Source of the DNA: Lytechinus pictus
Taxonomy: Eukaryota
DNA length: 64,000 nucleotides
Direction of reading: 5' to 3'
Assembly: GCF_037042905.1 (NCBI RefSeq)
Contig: NC_087246.1
Location: 6,450,001 to 6,514,000 of the forward strand
The translations under genes and the position numbers were made by a program. Shown piece by piece: positions 35,905-49,926 of this stretch (within the stretch, counting starts at the first letter, position 1; the number at the start of each line of letters is the position of its first letter). The notes under the pieces are model-generated. The model did not search any database, was not told the origin of the DNA, and was given only the letters and a program-made list of their open reading frames with translations.

Positions 35905-36221
35905 GGGGAGAGAGAGAGGCGTAATGAGGATGGGTACTGTGGCACATGCAAAAAACCCTGCGAGTGAATAAAACATACCCCACAATCGAGTTTCCTAAAT
36001 ATTCTGATACAGACTTTGTATCGATCAGATTTTGAAGATAAATTAATTTTAAAAAACATGACGTTCAAAGTCAAACCATTACCAAACGACGTTTCAAATT
36101 TAAATGTTCTATTTGCATAACTTAAATTCTTTTGAACAGTCCCCTTCTCGCCCCCAGGAGACATAAATTGATTGATGTCAAGCTTAAATTACTGTGTCTT
36201 GCCTACAGATAATAAAATGAA

Positions 36222-36246
36222 TATCCACTTTTTATTTTTATTGCAG
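36222..36246 (+). other. Probable 3' splice acceptor of a 5'-UTR intron of PTB gene 1
   Basis: TATCCACTTTTTATTTTTATTGCAG| lies 108 nt upstream of the ATG at 36355. In-frame stops lie between the acceptor and the ATG. Confidence 0.6.
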
Positions 36247-36354
36247 AATGAGATGCTATCCTTGGTGTCTTTAGAGCTCACGTGGAGTGAAAGGAACCTT
36301 TACGAAGATGTTTGACACCTTCCCTTCATTAATATCTGAGTAATCTAACAAAAA

Positions 36355-37353
36355 ATGGCATCATTATTCTCAAAGAATCGGAGGAAAAGTGCGTCAGTTG
36401 AGCTGAATGAAGAGCCGCCAGAATTTGAGCTTTTATTTCTCGGGAAGTCGGCTACTGAACGCAAGATGGGTCGCGAGTGTACATCAGGGCTTATCGGTGA
36501 CCTCGTAGAACAATCACGAGGAAAGGAACTCAAGGTCGTGCGGATGTACATTACGAGTAGGGGTGTACGAGTAACAGAAGGTTCGGATCCGAAGAAACAA
36601 CGAGATACCTTCATACCGATCTATTCTATCAGCTACGGCTCGGCTGACAAGCACTTTCCGCGTGTCTTTTCCCTTGTGACAAACTTCAGCAAGAATGACC
36701 CGAACATCACCCAGGGTCGTAAGTCGACCATGCCATTCTATTGCTTCGCCTTCGTATGCCAGACTCCCGGTATCGCAAGGGCGATGGTGGTATACTTATT
36801 GCGTTCTTTCAAGACCGCTTACGAGAGTTGGCGAAGAGGGGTCAAGAGTCAAAGGCTACGTGATAAGATCAAAGCAGGCCCAGGTCACAACAGTTTCAAT
36901 CCACCTCGTAGCGGAGATGAAAAAAGCGTTGCGGACACCATGGCAAGACTAGACGAACTCACGGGAACGAATCATAATGGAAGCGATAAAAGTTCTGACA
37001 CGACACCTACAGAAGAGAAAACGGTCACCCCGCCAGATGAGACAGCCACTCGCTCTGATAAAGTGGTGTCATGGATGGATAAATGGCTAGGTTTAGGGTC
37101 AAGTAAAACATTCAAACGGTTACCGAGTAACGATTCTTCATCGTCACCATCAGTCAGCGAGATCACCGCCCAGGAGAATGAAGCCTTTGCTGAACGAGAG
37201 GAAGAGCACCAGGAATTCGTTGACCCCTCAGCCATGTTGAATGAAGAAATTGATATTGTTTCTGAGCTACAGGATCCCGAGGTTCAGAGTGTGTTTGAAG
37301 AGATTGCAGAATCGAGAGCCGCTCAGAAAGCTAAACTATTAGATTCACTCTAA
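36355..37353 (+). CDS. PTB/PID-domain adaptor protein (FAM43-like), 332 aa, single coding exon
   Basis: ATG in AAAATGG context and GC content above the flanks. PTB pattern: FELLFLG...MGRECT...VRMYITSRGVRV...IPIYSISYGSADKHFPRVFSLV...FYCFAFVC...ARAMVVYLLRSFKTAYESW. The tail is acidic and Ser-rich. Confidence 0.88.
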   Translation: MASLFSKNRRKSASVELNEEPPEFELLFLGKSATERKMGRECTSGLIGDLVEQSRGKELKVVRMYITSRGVRVTEGSDPKKQRDTFIPIYSISYGSADKHFPRVFSLVTNFSKNDPNITQGRKSTMPFYCFAFVCQTPGIARAMVVYLLRSFKTAYESWRRGVKSQRLRDKIKAGPGHNSFNPPRSGDEKSVADTMARLDELTGTNHNGSDKSSDTTPTEEKTVTPPDETATRSDKVVSWMDKWLGLGSSKTFKRLPSNDSSSSPSVSEITAQENEAFAEREEEHQEFVDPSAMLNEEIDIVSELQDPEVQSVFEEIAESRAAQKAKLLDSL

Positions 37354-39518
37354 ACTGATACTATACTATTTAGAAACAAATATCGTTCCTTTCTTTTTGT
37401 TCTGTTTATCTTCACGAACATTAGTTTTTTGCTTGTGCTTTAGAGTTTGTCCACCATCTCCTAGAAATGTGTCTAATGACTTTCCACAAGGGGTCCTTGG
37501 GATATCAATAATAGGTCTACAGTGTCGATGCCTTTCTGAAATATCGAGTTCCTCATGGGAAACATAGTTCGTGTTAGAACCTTAATGTAAAAGAAAAGTT
37601 TGCTTTACCGATAATTAAAAACACTCGTTGAATTCTAAAAACTGTATTACAGGACAGTGGCAAATCAAAAGAGTTAGTAAGTTATTTTCCCATACACTTG
37701 TACTTTTTAAAATTGCTTACACACTTGCACCAGTGTATTTGGGAAATAATACGGTGTATATCCTAGGTTTGGCATTTTGGGGATAAATACAAACTCATAG
37801 AGTATTATAGCTGCACCAATATTACTCGATCTTATCTGAGAAACATACCTCATTTAGATTAAAACAGTGTGTAAAGATACTTGATGAAGTGAAAAATTAT
37901 TCTAAATGCTCGTAGAACACATACAAATCAACTCTTTTTGCATTACTTTACCTATGCTTATTCTGTGTCATATACCACGGTTTCACTAAGTGTTTTATAA
38001 GGTTTCAAAGTGTTTGTTATTTAAGTTTAAAATGTTGAAATTGTTAATCTTGGAGTAGAATATTTTGACTGTATCGTTTATCGTTTCATGACTGAATCAC
38101 ACATTCAATCCGTCCTGCCTGCTGCCTGAATTCTTCCATTTTCAACTTCTTTATAACATTCTTTCAATGCTCGCACGTTCTTCCTCAAGATAAAAAAAAT
38201 ATTTTCGATATCGATTTTCTCTAGATTAAAGATTATATTTTAGTATCAAATTGTTATGCGATAGGTTAAAGAATGAAGATTAACGTCAGTAGATTACTGT
38301 GAGAGTGTCTTCTTTTTCAATTTGTGTCTGTTTCTTCTCTATACAGTTGTGACATAAAGTCTATTACAGAAATTGTGCTTAATTCTAAAAGAAAATATGA
38401 ATCAATCTCACTTATACTTGCAAATATTATATCAAGAATATTAGGTCATATACGTCCTTTTTTTTAATTTCCATCTTGATACATTAAAGGGTTGATTATT
38501 CTACAAAAAGAGACGTTTGAATGCGGATCGCATGACTCTGTCATACATTTTCATTTTTCATTCACATTTTCAGCAAACTGATTCTCCCCATTAATGTCAC
38601 ACAATCAAACTTTGATAGAATTGACGACAAGAGATTTATATTTTGTAAATGTTGGTGATAATGATTATACCTGATTCCATCACTATATTAGTCATTGTTA
38701 ATCATAAAACATGAATGTTCTAAAAATAATAAATTGATCACCTGTCATTGATTTTATTAAAATACGTATGAATAGAGACTGTGTGGAAGGGGTAACATGA
38801 CAGTAAATAACTATGAGAAGAGGGAATATCAATAAGAAAAGTGATTACAAGATAAATAACATAACAGGAGAGGAGGTAGGAGAGGGACGGAGAGAGATGG
38901 GGCGAAGAAGGTGGACGGGAAGTGAATCAAGTGATAGACGGAGGGTAATGTTTTAAAGCTCATTTAAATAGTTCGTTTGCTGGAGTTTGATATTCTGAAA
39001 ATGAAACAGGGTTTGATTACCCAAAGATTGGTGGTTAATCCAAAAACGAAAAAAGGTTTGTAATTTCGAAAGGTCGATAGAACAAATTATGAAGATTCAT
39101 ATTCTGATTTTCAATGGTTATTTTGTTAAAACTTTGTTTTAATTGTTGGATTAACCTACCTTCGGAATACAATGCAAAAAAAAAAATGCTCCGGTTAACG
39201 GACCCTTTTATTTTCTGACTAATTAACATCTTGATACATGCTATTTAGTTTTCGGAAGACGGGTGTGCATGTATCGATAATAAGAGTCAGATAATTTTGT
39301 AGGAGGACTAAAAGTATGTTGTGCTAAAAATAGATTGGTGGTAAAGGGGAAAATATCTTGATAGAACGTAGGAATGTATTCCAAATTAGATGGGTTTTAT
39401 CAAGAGATATATATTTCTATGGCGTAGAATGAAAACCAAGCGAAATTGTATAGGTGCCATGAGCCTAATTACATCAGGAGGGCTAAAGATATTCGTTCGA
39501 CCCAACCCATTCGAATTT

Positions 39519-39897
39519 TTTCAATTTGATGTTGCTGATTGACAAAAATGTATGAATATGATTCAAAATCTAACACTGATTCTAGAAATGGTAACTACTG
39601 AACTTCCTTTGCCCAAATTGGGAAGATAAATAAGTGACTTGGAACTATTTTTTGACTGGCGGACTAATTAGGGCTCTTTTACTGTTTCAGTTGATGAATT
39701 TGATCCATTCATAGTTATCTTCATAAATGGCGATTTATTTTCAAAATGAGCTGGCTACGGTACCCTTTCCTGGTCAGATATGGAATGTCAGATATATATC
39801 CTATCCAATGGTAGTAAACATTCCACCCTCTAATTTCACATTTATTTTTTATGAATTTTTAAAAGTGCCATTTTAACACACAAGTCTATGGGGAATG
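39519..39897. repeat. Dispersed repeat, inverted copy of 55804-56188
   Basis: For example CTGGTCAGATATGGAATGTCAGA vs TCTGACATTCCATATCTGACCAG, and AAGTGCCATTTTAACACACAAGTCTATGGG vs CCCATAGACTCGTGTGTTAAAGTGGCACTT. Confidence 0.8.
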
Positions 39898-41201
39898 TTT
39901 TACGCGCGTGGCACCTAGAGTATTTTGAGTAATACATCATCCACAGGGGGCGTCCTTTCGTTTATCCAAGCAAGTTTTTATTGAATTCGGTTGGTCGCTC
40001 ATCTGTCCGAGATATACAGTATATCCATTTCCTGGACAAGAGAAAAGATGGGTTGAGATTTAAGGTTGTAAGTCATATTAATATACGGATGGTGAAGTGA
40101 TAGGATTGGTATGAGAGATCAGATAGACGTATAGGAGGTTGGATAGTAGTAGTACAGCACATGTATTGTGGAGGTAGAATGGAAAGAGAGGAAGGGTGGA
40201 CGTGGAGGATGGAAGCCGTATTGTACACTCCTGTTGTTTGAATGTGTGGATGCAAAAATGAAACGATGTGCCAAATAATGTGGGTCTGGTTTGGATGGTT
40301 TGGAAATACTACCCGCCAGATGGTGAAAGAGGAAGTAGAAACCTCTGTACCTGAAAGGAAAGATGCTGCCGATATAATTTTTACGTTACAAGATGGCGCA
40401 CTTTATCAAATGATTGTAGACTGAATATTGACATTATCACTTAAAGAGTTTCGGTTTCAAATTACAAACAAATGATTACAATACAAGTATCATGAAAATA
40501 AACAATTAAAGCAGGATGCAAGCAATATAAACTATCACAAATCAATAATTTACACTTAAATTAATATCGCAAACCGAAATATGGGTGAATTATTAATACA
40601 TCTATAGTTAATCCAAAATAATAGTTCGTCACCATTCAAATTAATATGAAAGCGTATGACCTTGAAACGTTAAGATCTGAGGAGTATAAAATGAAAATGT
40701 GTTTTATTGGTTAAATATACCAATTATACCTCAAAATCATCCGATAACTACTATACTTATTGGAATTTTAGATGATATTCGGTATAATTCACAAAATCAA
40801 CTCTTTCCTAAAGCTTGAAACGAAATTTTAGCTGGATACGTTCAGGTTCTTTTATATAAAAGCTTAACTTGTAAATCGCGAACTTCTTATAGCAAACACA
40901 GTAGGCCCTATACCTCTTTTTTTTTTTTTTTTTTTTTTGGAAAGTACATTTAAGTTATGTGATTGTAAAGTCTTTATTAATTTCTTTCACTTTATCAATA
41001 AATGGTTTGCAATCTTCATTTTTTATTTGTTTTTTTTTTATTTGCAGTTTGCACTAAATTTTAATTAGGTTGAATAATTTCTATGTTTCTTATGAGAATT
41101 CGTATTTCTGGATGCAATTGGTGAAGAAAGAATAATGTTTGTTGATATGAAAGGTAGGCCTATTTGCGCATCAATTTGATTTCAAATCCAATTGGAGACT
41201 T

Positions 41202-41364
41202 CAGGGGAGCGTTTCATGAAAGGACTTGTCAGATGTTTTATCCGACAAGTATTGTTTTATCCGACAGTTACTATGGTAACAGTGCCTCTCAGCCAATCAT
41301 TATCAAGGAAAGTTGTCAGACCTGACAACTTTTCGGACGAAAATGTTGATTAAACGCTCCCCTG
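41202..41364. mobile_element. Small MITE
   Basis: CAGGGGAGCGTTTCAT ... ATTAAACGCTCCCCTG, with internal TTGTCAGA/CCGACAAG/TGACAA repeats. Confidence 0.7.
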
Positions 41365-42307
41365 GTCTACCATGTCTACTGTCTGAGCTACGCGCCTTCT
41401 CAGACTGTCTACAGACTGTCATAAAATAAACCAAGTAATAAAGCAAGCGTCAGACTCAATTAGAAAGTCAATTGCCCTCTTGTCAATCATCAGTCATTTT
41501 TCCTTTTTGGTTCTTCGAATTCATTGTTATTGGAATAATTGGAAGTGACTGAGATTGTAATAATCCTTATCATCACAGCTCAAGAACAATACATACTTAA
41601 CTCGCTTAACGTCCGTTAGCCATTGAATGGTGTCTACTTATTTTCAGAGCAGTGCCATCACACCAAGAGGAACTAAACATTCATATCATAATTATACATA
41701 ATAGAGTAGAGAGTAATAAAGAACGATGAGAACTTGATGGATGTAAGATTTAAAATATCTGTCAATCAAAATAAAATAAAAATAAATGACATTCTTTCAT
41801 AATACAATAGATAAGGACTTAACAACATGGATCGAAGATGCCATTCAAAATCAAATCTATACCCCTTATATATGTAATGGAAGCACTATTATATTTTGAT
41901 GAATTGCAAATAGAACATTAACAGAACTTACATGAGAGATTGAAAAATCCCTTGTCAATCAGAATTACCCTTTATACCCTGCCGAGAAGAGGTTCACGCG
42001 TGAAGTCAAATTACTTTAAAAACGATAATGTCATTAAAGATATAACACAGGAATAATTTTAGCATAAATAATTCATTAGTTGAACACATTTTTTAGATAG
42101 TTCAAATCCTTTCTCTGTCTAAAAATTGTTATATAATGTGAATAATTTTGTTTTAAGAATTGTATTTTGTTTGATTTGATAGAATTTTAATAATTGTATA
42201 TTAATATCCATTGATCTTTACAAGGCGCCATTTAAATTTGTCATCTTTGAATTAGAACTGAATATGAATGAACATTATATGACTTTTGATAATTGTTATG
42301 GAGACGC

Positions 42308-42471
42308 TGATGATGCTGATAATGATGATGATGATGCTGATGATTTTGTATGTTTCATTTCCGTATATAAAATACAAAATAAATACAATACATACAAAAT
42401 ACATATAACATGAATTGATGATGATGATGACGCAGGTGATGATCACGATTATAATGATAACAATGATGATG
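42308..42471. repeat. Degenerate (GAT)n low-complexity tracts
   Basis: GATGATGCTGATAATGATGATG runs at about 42308-42343 and 42417-42471. Confidence 0.75.
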
Positions 42472-44757
42472 AAACTTTGATAATACAATCAAGAAAATTT
42501 CATCTGTGTGTAGAAGATATATAAAATCTCAACTTTTGTTACTAACACACTGGAAACTTTAATAACAAAAAATTGGCTATCCACTTCAGCTTTTATCAAT
42601 TAAACGATGAATGATCATGAAATTGATAATATAAAATCATCCCCGAAAGGCATGGTAATAACACAGAAAATGAAACCGATTTGATAAAGGTAACAATACT
42701 ATGTACATCTATAATTTTTCATCTATTTTTCGGTGACACGACAATTGCTCCGGTCTTAATCTCATAGGCCAATAAGGTTAGAGTTAGGATTGTAATAGAG
42801 TTTTTAGTTCAGAACAATGTAAGTTTAATTCAAATTAGTTTTGGATGTTAGATTTTCATGTCTGGCTTTACAACGAGCAGGTTTGTCATCGAAGCAATTG
42901 TCGCCGGATCAAATGTCATGGAACCATTTTTTCGAAAAAAAAAAAGAAAAAGAAAAAAAAGAACAGACGAGGGTCAATGTATTAACAATTGCAGTTGATT
43001 TTTTTTTTATTATGAGTGATTTTCTTTCAAAACGAAAGTCATTTATCAGTCACTTTGTAGCTTTGTATAATATGTATATTTAATTCATTCTTGACGTACC
43101 AATGAACCATATGAAGAAAGAACTCCATTGATTTCTTTCTGGTGCTAACAAAAGACCAAAGAAAAATCAAGCACGTTCATCATTGTTGAAAATCAAATTT
43201 AGGTCAGGTAGAGTTTGAATTCGTAATATCAAAACATACTGTTCGTGTGTATTAATTACTATTGAAGGGAAGGTTCTAGGTAGCCGTGCGAATCGCTTTA
43301 ATAACATTTTTTGATTAAAATGTAGATAATAGTAAACAAGGGTTCGGGTCTTGATACACATGCATGATACAGCGAGAATATCCACCTCTATTTATCTTTG
43401 GCGACTTCTCAAATAAATGGCACATATATTTTCATTTTTGCATGGCTTAGGAATAAGGGTTATTTATTCATTATTATCTCAATTCAAAGGGAAGCTTATA
43501 TATACCTCCCACACAAAATGAGGTATCAAAGTAACTTAGATAAGTTCAACATTTCTCATAAGAGATATACTTATTCAACACTTAATTATTATTTACCAGT
43601 GAACTCAGTGTCCAATATTGAATTGTACGTACATGTACCTTCTTGTTTATTCTTACTCTTAAAGATCTTTAGCGTTTAGGAATATAAAAGAATTGTTATT
43701 ATTATGATAAACCTGCTTGTTTATAATAATTATATTTATCCATAGAATTGGGAACCTTTAACTTGGTAAATGACAGGTTGGCACACCTTCTAAACTCTAT
43801 GAACGGTTCCCCTCAAAGACACTATGTTTCCGGAACAATACATGAATACATGTCTGCAAGTGTTTTGTTCAAAATACAAAACCATGGCTAAGGCGAGGCG
43901 GAACAATATTTTGAAAAGGGCTTTTATGAGCTTTTGATAATGTATGTTTCGAAATGTGCTTTCCCTTCCAAGTTTGAAATGAGATGATGACGTAAGGCGA
44001 AAGGTATCACCAACAGATTCAGTATCAAGTTTAAATAAATGTATGACAAATATATTGCAAAGCTTGAGGTGCGTTTCTTCACCATAACGAAATGGGAAAT
44101 ACATCTTTAATTTGTGTTATCGCTTGATTAAAATCAACATCACATCACAATGGTAAAATAAATAGAGGGAAGATTATAGCAAGAGAGGGAAGTCATTGGC
44201 ATAATGATGTTTAATACTTGATTACTTAACGTGTTGTATATTAAAAAGATCAACACAACGAATTTTCCTGAGGGTTAAGAATAACTGATAACAGTTATAT
44301 CAAGTGCAACCTCAATATTTTTATTTAACAAAATAGACATCGGAAGCTAAAAAATAAAAAAATATATGAATAAAATGGGAGTCATGTCGGTTACAGAAAT
44401 AATATTACAATAGGTGATGACGTCATTGTTAAGAAGTCACCTTGAAATGTGTGTAGAGAACTTCTAAGGAAAAATAGGCAAATGTAACTGTTGGATTCAA
44501 AGCAGCGCTCTACCTGTGTATGATCAAGACTGTTTTGGCGCCGTGCGTGATTCTTTATATATATGTATACATATATATATATATATATAATGATTTCAAC
44601 AAACTAGAATTCTATTATTAGCTTCTGTTTCAAGGTCAAATAATCTTCTGTTCGGACATTCGTATCATTGTTTTGGGGTTTTTTTTTCGTTTTAAAATCA
44701 TATTTTATTGACGTTTCTCCGTCGTTTTTAGATGTGAAGGTACCAAGATTTTGTTAA

Positions 44758-45450
44758 AGACCCGGTCCCACTGCACTTACGGATGCAAAGAGGACGTAAA
44801 ACGAAAAACATTATTGCCATCCGTTGGAAAACGCTATGCGTCCGTTGTTTACTCATTGCATACGTGCTTCATATGCTCTATCCATCGAGCATCTGTCCAT
44901 CGTGATTTCATCTGCAACAAAATAACGGATGAACTTTCCGCTGTGTACGGTGTACATCCGCAACATATACGAGCAACAAACGTTCCATGTCCGTTGGCAT
45001 CCGTTAAACGTCCGCTCTTTGCATCCTCTTGGTATCCTCGCAACTCACATCCACTGAAGCTGAACAACGGAAAGAAGGAGAAAAGCTAAGGCCCATGGAA
45101 CATCTATACATCGTTAGTAGCACGGAAATAGAAAGGATGTGAGCGTATGCATCTCGTAAATAAAGTATTCAAAACCCCCGGTAACCCCTTCGGAGCTGTC
45201 ATCCGCTTCCATCCGTTTTCATCTGCTAGGTTTCCGATGAACATCGGTTAAACATCCGCGCTACCATGGCTACATACTACCCGCGTTCTCCTTTTCCGTT
45301 ATTAATGTTTCACAAACTTTTCGCTAGTTTTGTCCATTTCTAGAGCGGATGAAAACAGATGGAACCACCCCCCCCCCCCCCGAAATTTAGCTCTTCCGCT
45401 GTGTCCTCTACGAATACGTTTTGTGTCCGTCGGTCAGTGGGACCAGGCCA
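44758..45450. mobile_element. PIF/Harbinger-like MITE
   Basis: TAA|AGACCCGGTCCCACTG ... CAGTGGGACCAGGCCA|TAA (3-bp TWA-type TSD). The interior is rich in ATCCGT/ACGGA motifs. Confidence 0.75.
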
Positions 45451-48400
45451 TAAGATAGATATTGAAGAAAAAAAAAAACATGGAATAACATCAGTGTATT
45501 TCGTCTTATAACGTTCTCGCCATTTCAACAGCCTGAATACGACGAAATTACCACTCCGAATATTATCATGTATTCTTATTTCATAGAAATGTATACTAGT
45601 TTTATGAGATATAAGCACATTATTACCTTTTCGAGTTTCATCCTTGTCGTTTTAATTATATTATGTAGGTATTAACCAAACTTCCCATGAATGACACCCA
45701 TAAATCTGATGGTGTGACCCCAGAAGTTTACAAACAGGGAGGCTCCTTTTTAATCTATTATTTGCACAAGGCGACAATTCTCCTGCTAGCAAAACAGTCT
45801 TCTTTTGTCTGAAGACAAAAAGTCTTTTTCGTATCAAAAGTATGACGTTCTTAATCGTAAAATTAAATTATTGTGAATTCGCTTCGTGATGTTATCAACC
45901 ATGACATATTATATTTTTCTTGGCTTTGATTTTGTTAGGATTATGTACACTCCCTTTCATTTTATACCTTACTCTTCAAATCTTATTTCTACTTAGTGAT
46001 CTCATTTTATTGAATGATTTGAATTGTGAATCAGGTCCATAGCTACAGTCATACAATCACATTCAACATTCGGTTTTTAGATTAATCTTGGAAAGTAGGA
46101 AGACTGATTGAGTGAGTGATTGGTGATACTGACAATGTAGATCATACAGAAGAAAATATTTATTCCAAGTTGATGCATTTAGGGTCCATTTTTAGCAATA
46201 ATTTTATCGTATATCAACAGTTCTCGTTCTCAGGTGCATTAAGTATGCATTTTAACGAAGAATTGCCGAGAATAAATGAAGGGAAAGGACAGGGGAACAT
46301 AAGACGGTGTACATGGTGTATAGGCCAAATTTTGTTGCGATATTCGAGGGCATGCAAGGTGAGAATTGGACCCAAGAACTGGGATGGTATTTGAACTGAA
46401 TAGCTTAATAAAGGAGGCAGAAAAAATAGCGATGGCATAGGAAATAGCAATGTCTCTGGCGTGTGGACCTGCCTCATTTGCGAAATACCAAGAAGAAATA
46501 TATATTTTGTCTTGTCTTTCTTAATCGTGTACGTCATTTCTCAGTCTGCTAATACTAAATGGGCTGGTCCGACATTAAGCATGTTAAGCGGGTGCTAGAG
46601 AAAGGGGAACATTTCATATTTTATCTGGTTGTTTATCAAAATGGAATTTTATCAGTTCTAGACATCTATTTCCTTTTATATCAAACGATTTTTTTTCTTC
46701 ACATTTTACGTCCCAAGTAAAGATTAAATCAGGTTAATATGATGTGAAGTGAATAGTCTAAATCTAGATCCTATATTTTTCCAGGAGTGTTGTAATGTTT
46801 AAGACAAGTACTTTTTAGAAATGTTTTAGAGACATTTACACATAGGCATAATTGTGAAGGTTTGCCGACCAAGGTCCAATTCCACCTTGATTAATAACAT
46901 ATTACTGCAATGCCAAATGAAGATGTTTATTGAATATAAAACAGTTTTTAGATGTAGAATAGAGGAGTATCTATGACAACGAATGCAGGTGGAACAAAAT
47001 ATATGACAAACTTGCATCTAGATCTACCAATCCACCTTGACTCTATTTGTAGACATGGTGGAAGTGTGTGTAGGAGAATGATGATTGCATTGATCCTCCA
47101 TTGTCAAGATACTTGTCATTATCATTCAAAAGAACTTATCGATCTGTGTATACTATGTAAATCTATACTCAACAACAGAATGTGTATTGCAAGGTAGAAT
47201 ACTACTAATGAGATGAATATCATTATCATGTACAATGCCAGAATGGAGCATTGACTGTTGTGATAAAAAAATCTGATATCAGGTAACATCGTGTAGTCAG
47301 CCCCTAATCACATTTGTTTCAAAGATATTTCATAATAATATGAACATTATACCTATTTGACTGTAACTGATAACGTGCTTTTAGAATAGCTCAAAAGTGA
47401 CAGATGGCGTATACGCCCTTCTTCGGCAGAGAAGGGCATCTAATTGTGATGAAAGAAGAGAAATGAATCGATTAGCTTGACTGTATCTAACGATTGCGGT
47501 GAATGTCATATCAACCCCACGGTCAGGCTAATCCTGTCAAATGAACGGTCGATATAAAAATGAAGTCTGTTATTCATCACTCCAGGGGGCGAAATGGGTC
47601 ATCAATTCACTTTGATAAGTTATTAAAGTACATATAAGATGGACCACCGGTAAAAAGAAAATGTATATGGATAGTGCATCGAATGAAGACGCCTAAATTC
47701 CAACCAACCACATTGACCTGCCCATGTATCCTTCACGTCATTGAGCTATCTATCGCCAAATCTGATTATAGTTTATGAATGTGATAGTATTTCTCTTTAA
47801 GGTATCGAAATTATAATTGCATTGCATACACCCAGAACAACCTGTTCTTATTACCCTTTATGTAGACTTTCTTAATCTGTTATTTCGGGGACTTTCTTGA
47901 TCCCTCATGGATACTTTCTCAATTACTAATGGAGACGTATCAATCCCTTATACGGAGACTTTCTTACTCCCAAACATTAATGATGATGTGAAGAGATTGA
48001 CAGAATTAATCAAAATTAAATGGCATTGTAAATGATTTTTTGAATTATGGTACATTTAAAGGTCCCTCTTCTGAAGAAATATTCACGCTTTCTGCATCAG
48101 TTGATTTCAATCTAAAAGGAAATAAAATTGAAAAAAAAAATCTCTTTTCCAGCCTGGCTTCAACATTACTTTCAATTTCTAAAGAAAAACATTATAAATA
48201 AATCAAATCAGCATTTAAAAAATAAAGTGCATGGAACAATATAAAGATTTTTTTTACATGCCCTCATAAGCATACAACCTGTGAGTTAGTTGTCATGGCA
48301 ACCAGAACAGCTGTTTCCCTTGCATTCATTTAAGCCATCAGTATCATGACGACGTTGCTATGCTCACACCTTTATTAGACATGAAAAAATCGATCTACAG

Positions 48401-49926
48401 ATGGTCCTAATTTATGACAGATAATAAATCTTATAATAAAATTTTATCTGCCACTGTAGTGTTTGCCAGTGTACAAGCTTTGCTGTTGAGTGTATGGAAA
48501 ATACTGAAAAATTACAATAATAAAGAATTAATATGAACGATAGTGTAAAGCAGAATATTGATATAAAAATTGTGATGTATTCCTCATAAAAAGCGAAGTT
48601 TTTTAGGAAAATTACTATGGTCTGGATCAGCCCATTGAGTTAAATAATTAAATGCTATTTAGTCAATTTAATCGCGTTTGTATTCTTTAGAGCTTCGAGA
48701 ACTTTTTTTTCATATTCACTTTTCTTTGAATTTTGGGAGAATAATGACTTAATTGGCATTAATTCCATGCAAGAATCAAGAATAAGTCACTGCACTTAAT
48801 CACTACTTGATTCCAAACATTTTATACATAAAAATGAATTTGGACTAACCATCGCAATTGTTTGGAAGCCAAATGATAAAATGATTATAATTGATACAAA
48901 ACATGTTTTTAGTAACTTGTTAGGCGAGATATCTTTTATGATTAGACGGGGATAGAATAACCCCATAAGCAGGATCGGTATTATCAACCAAAATGATTAA
49001 GGATGAGATTATAGCATTCTCATTTCACAATCGATTTTAGACAACTTAAAAGGGGGTTTTCATTTCGTTTTTATGCTATGCCACATTCACTCTCACTTAT
49101 TCCACATGAGAATATTTACTTCCTTGAGAACAACACATGTTCTTTTTTTTAATTGAGATGTAGGTCGTCGTCATGCCAGCGTAGTCGGTATGGTAAAGGT
49201 TTGCCCTTGACACTCCAACGTTGATAACAATACCTCGTATTGAACAATAGAATACATTACGCCATTCAATGAAAAAAAAACCTGTATGCCACAGGGCTCA
49301 GACGGTAGGCAATTATTGACATGGTTGGTTTATCAGCCTCCTACATGGTTGCCAATTTGACACCCTTTACATATTCGGATAACAGTGCAGTTGTAAAGTT
49401 TAAACTGCACAATCTATTTGGTGTTATACACTTTTTAGAGTAACGATAATTCGGAGTTTTTTTCATGTCATTATTTTTTAGAAAAAAGAAAAGCGCACGA
49501 TTTTTTAAATTGTATATTTTGTACCATTTGGCAACACTTTACCCCGAAGGTACACTCCCGCTTTCACTGGTTGGCTAACCTCTCGCATGCATACCGATCT
49601 TTTCGATTTGGCGTACCTCCACTTTGCATTTAATCAGTCGGTGACAATGGACTTATCGAGGCGCGGGTTATGCTCCCTATAGAATCAAACGTCGAGCCGA
49701 GCTGAGTATGCATTATCTGTCAACTCGTTCAATATGCAAACTACCCCACACCGGTAAACTGAATCGTTTCTGAACAAAACAAGACAAAACCATTTTGCAC
49801 ATCGTTTCTACTCAGTATCTTGTATCTCGTTGGAGACGGATGATATACCTTTGGTTTATACGTGATTGAGCAGCTCTATAAGGACAGGGATTTATATTTT
49901 GTGAATTTGGTTCAAAATTGGGTGCA

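Noticed and set aside
46830..47290. Possible decayed LINE endonuclease (KELIDLC...ILNNR)
   Set aside because: Only a faint motif resemblance. It needs a translated search to support.
49918..49926. ORF-track start MGA for PTB gene 2 (would suggest N-myristoylation)
   Set aside because: The codon at 49918 is TTG. The first ATG is at 49927, so there is no Gly2.
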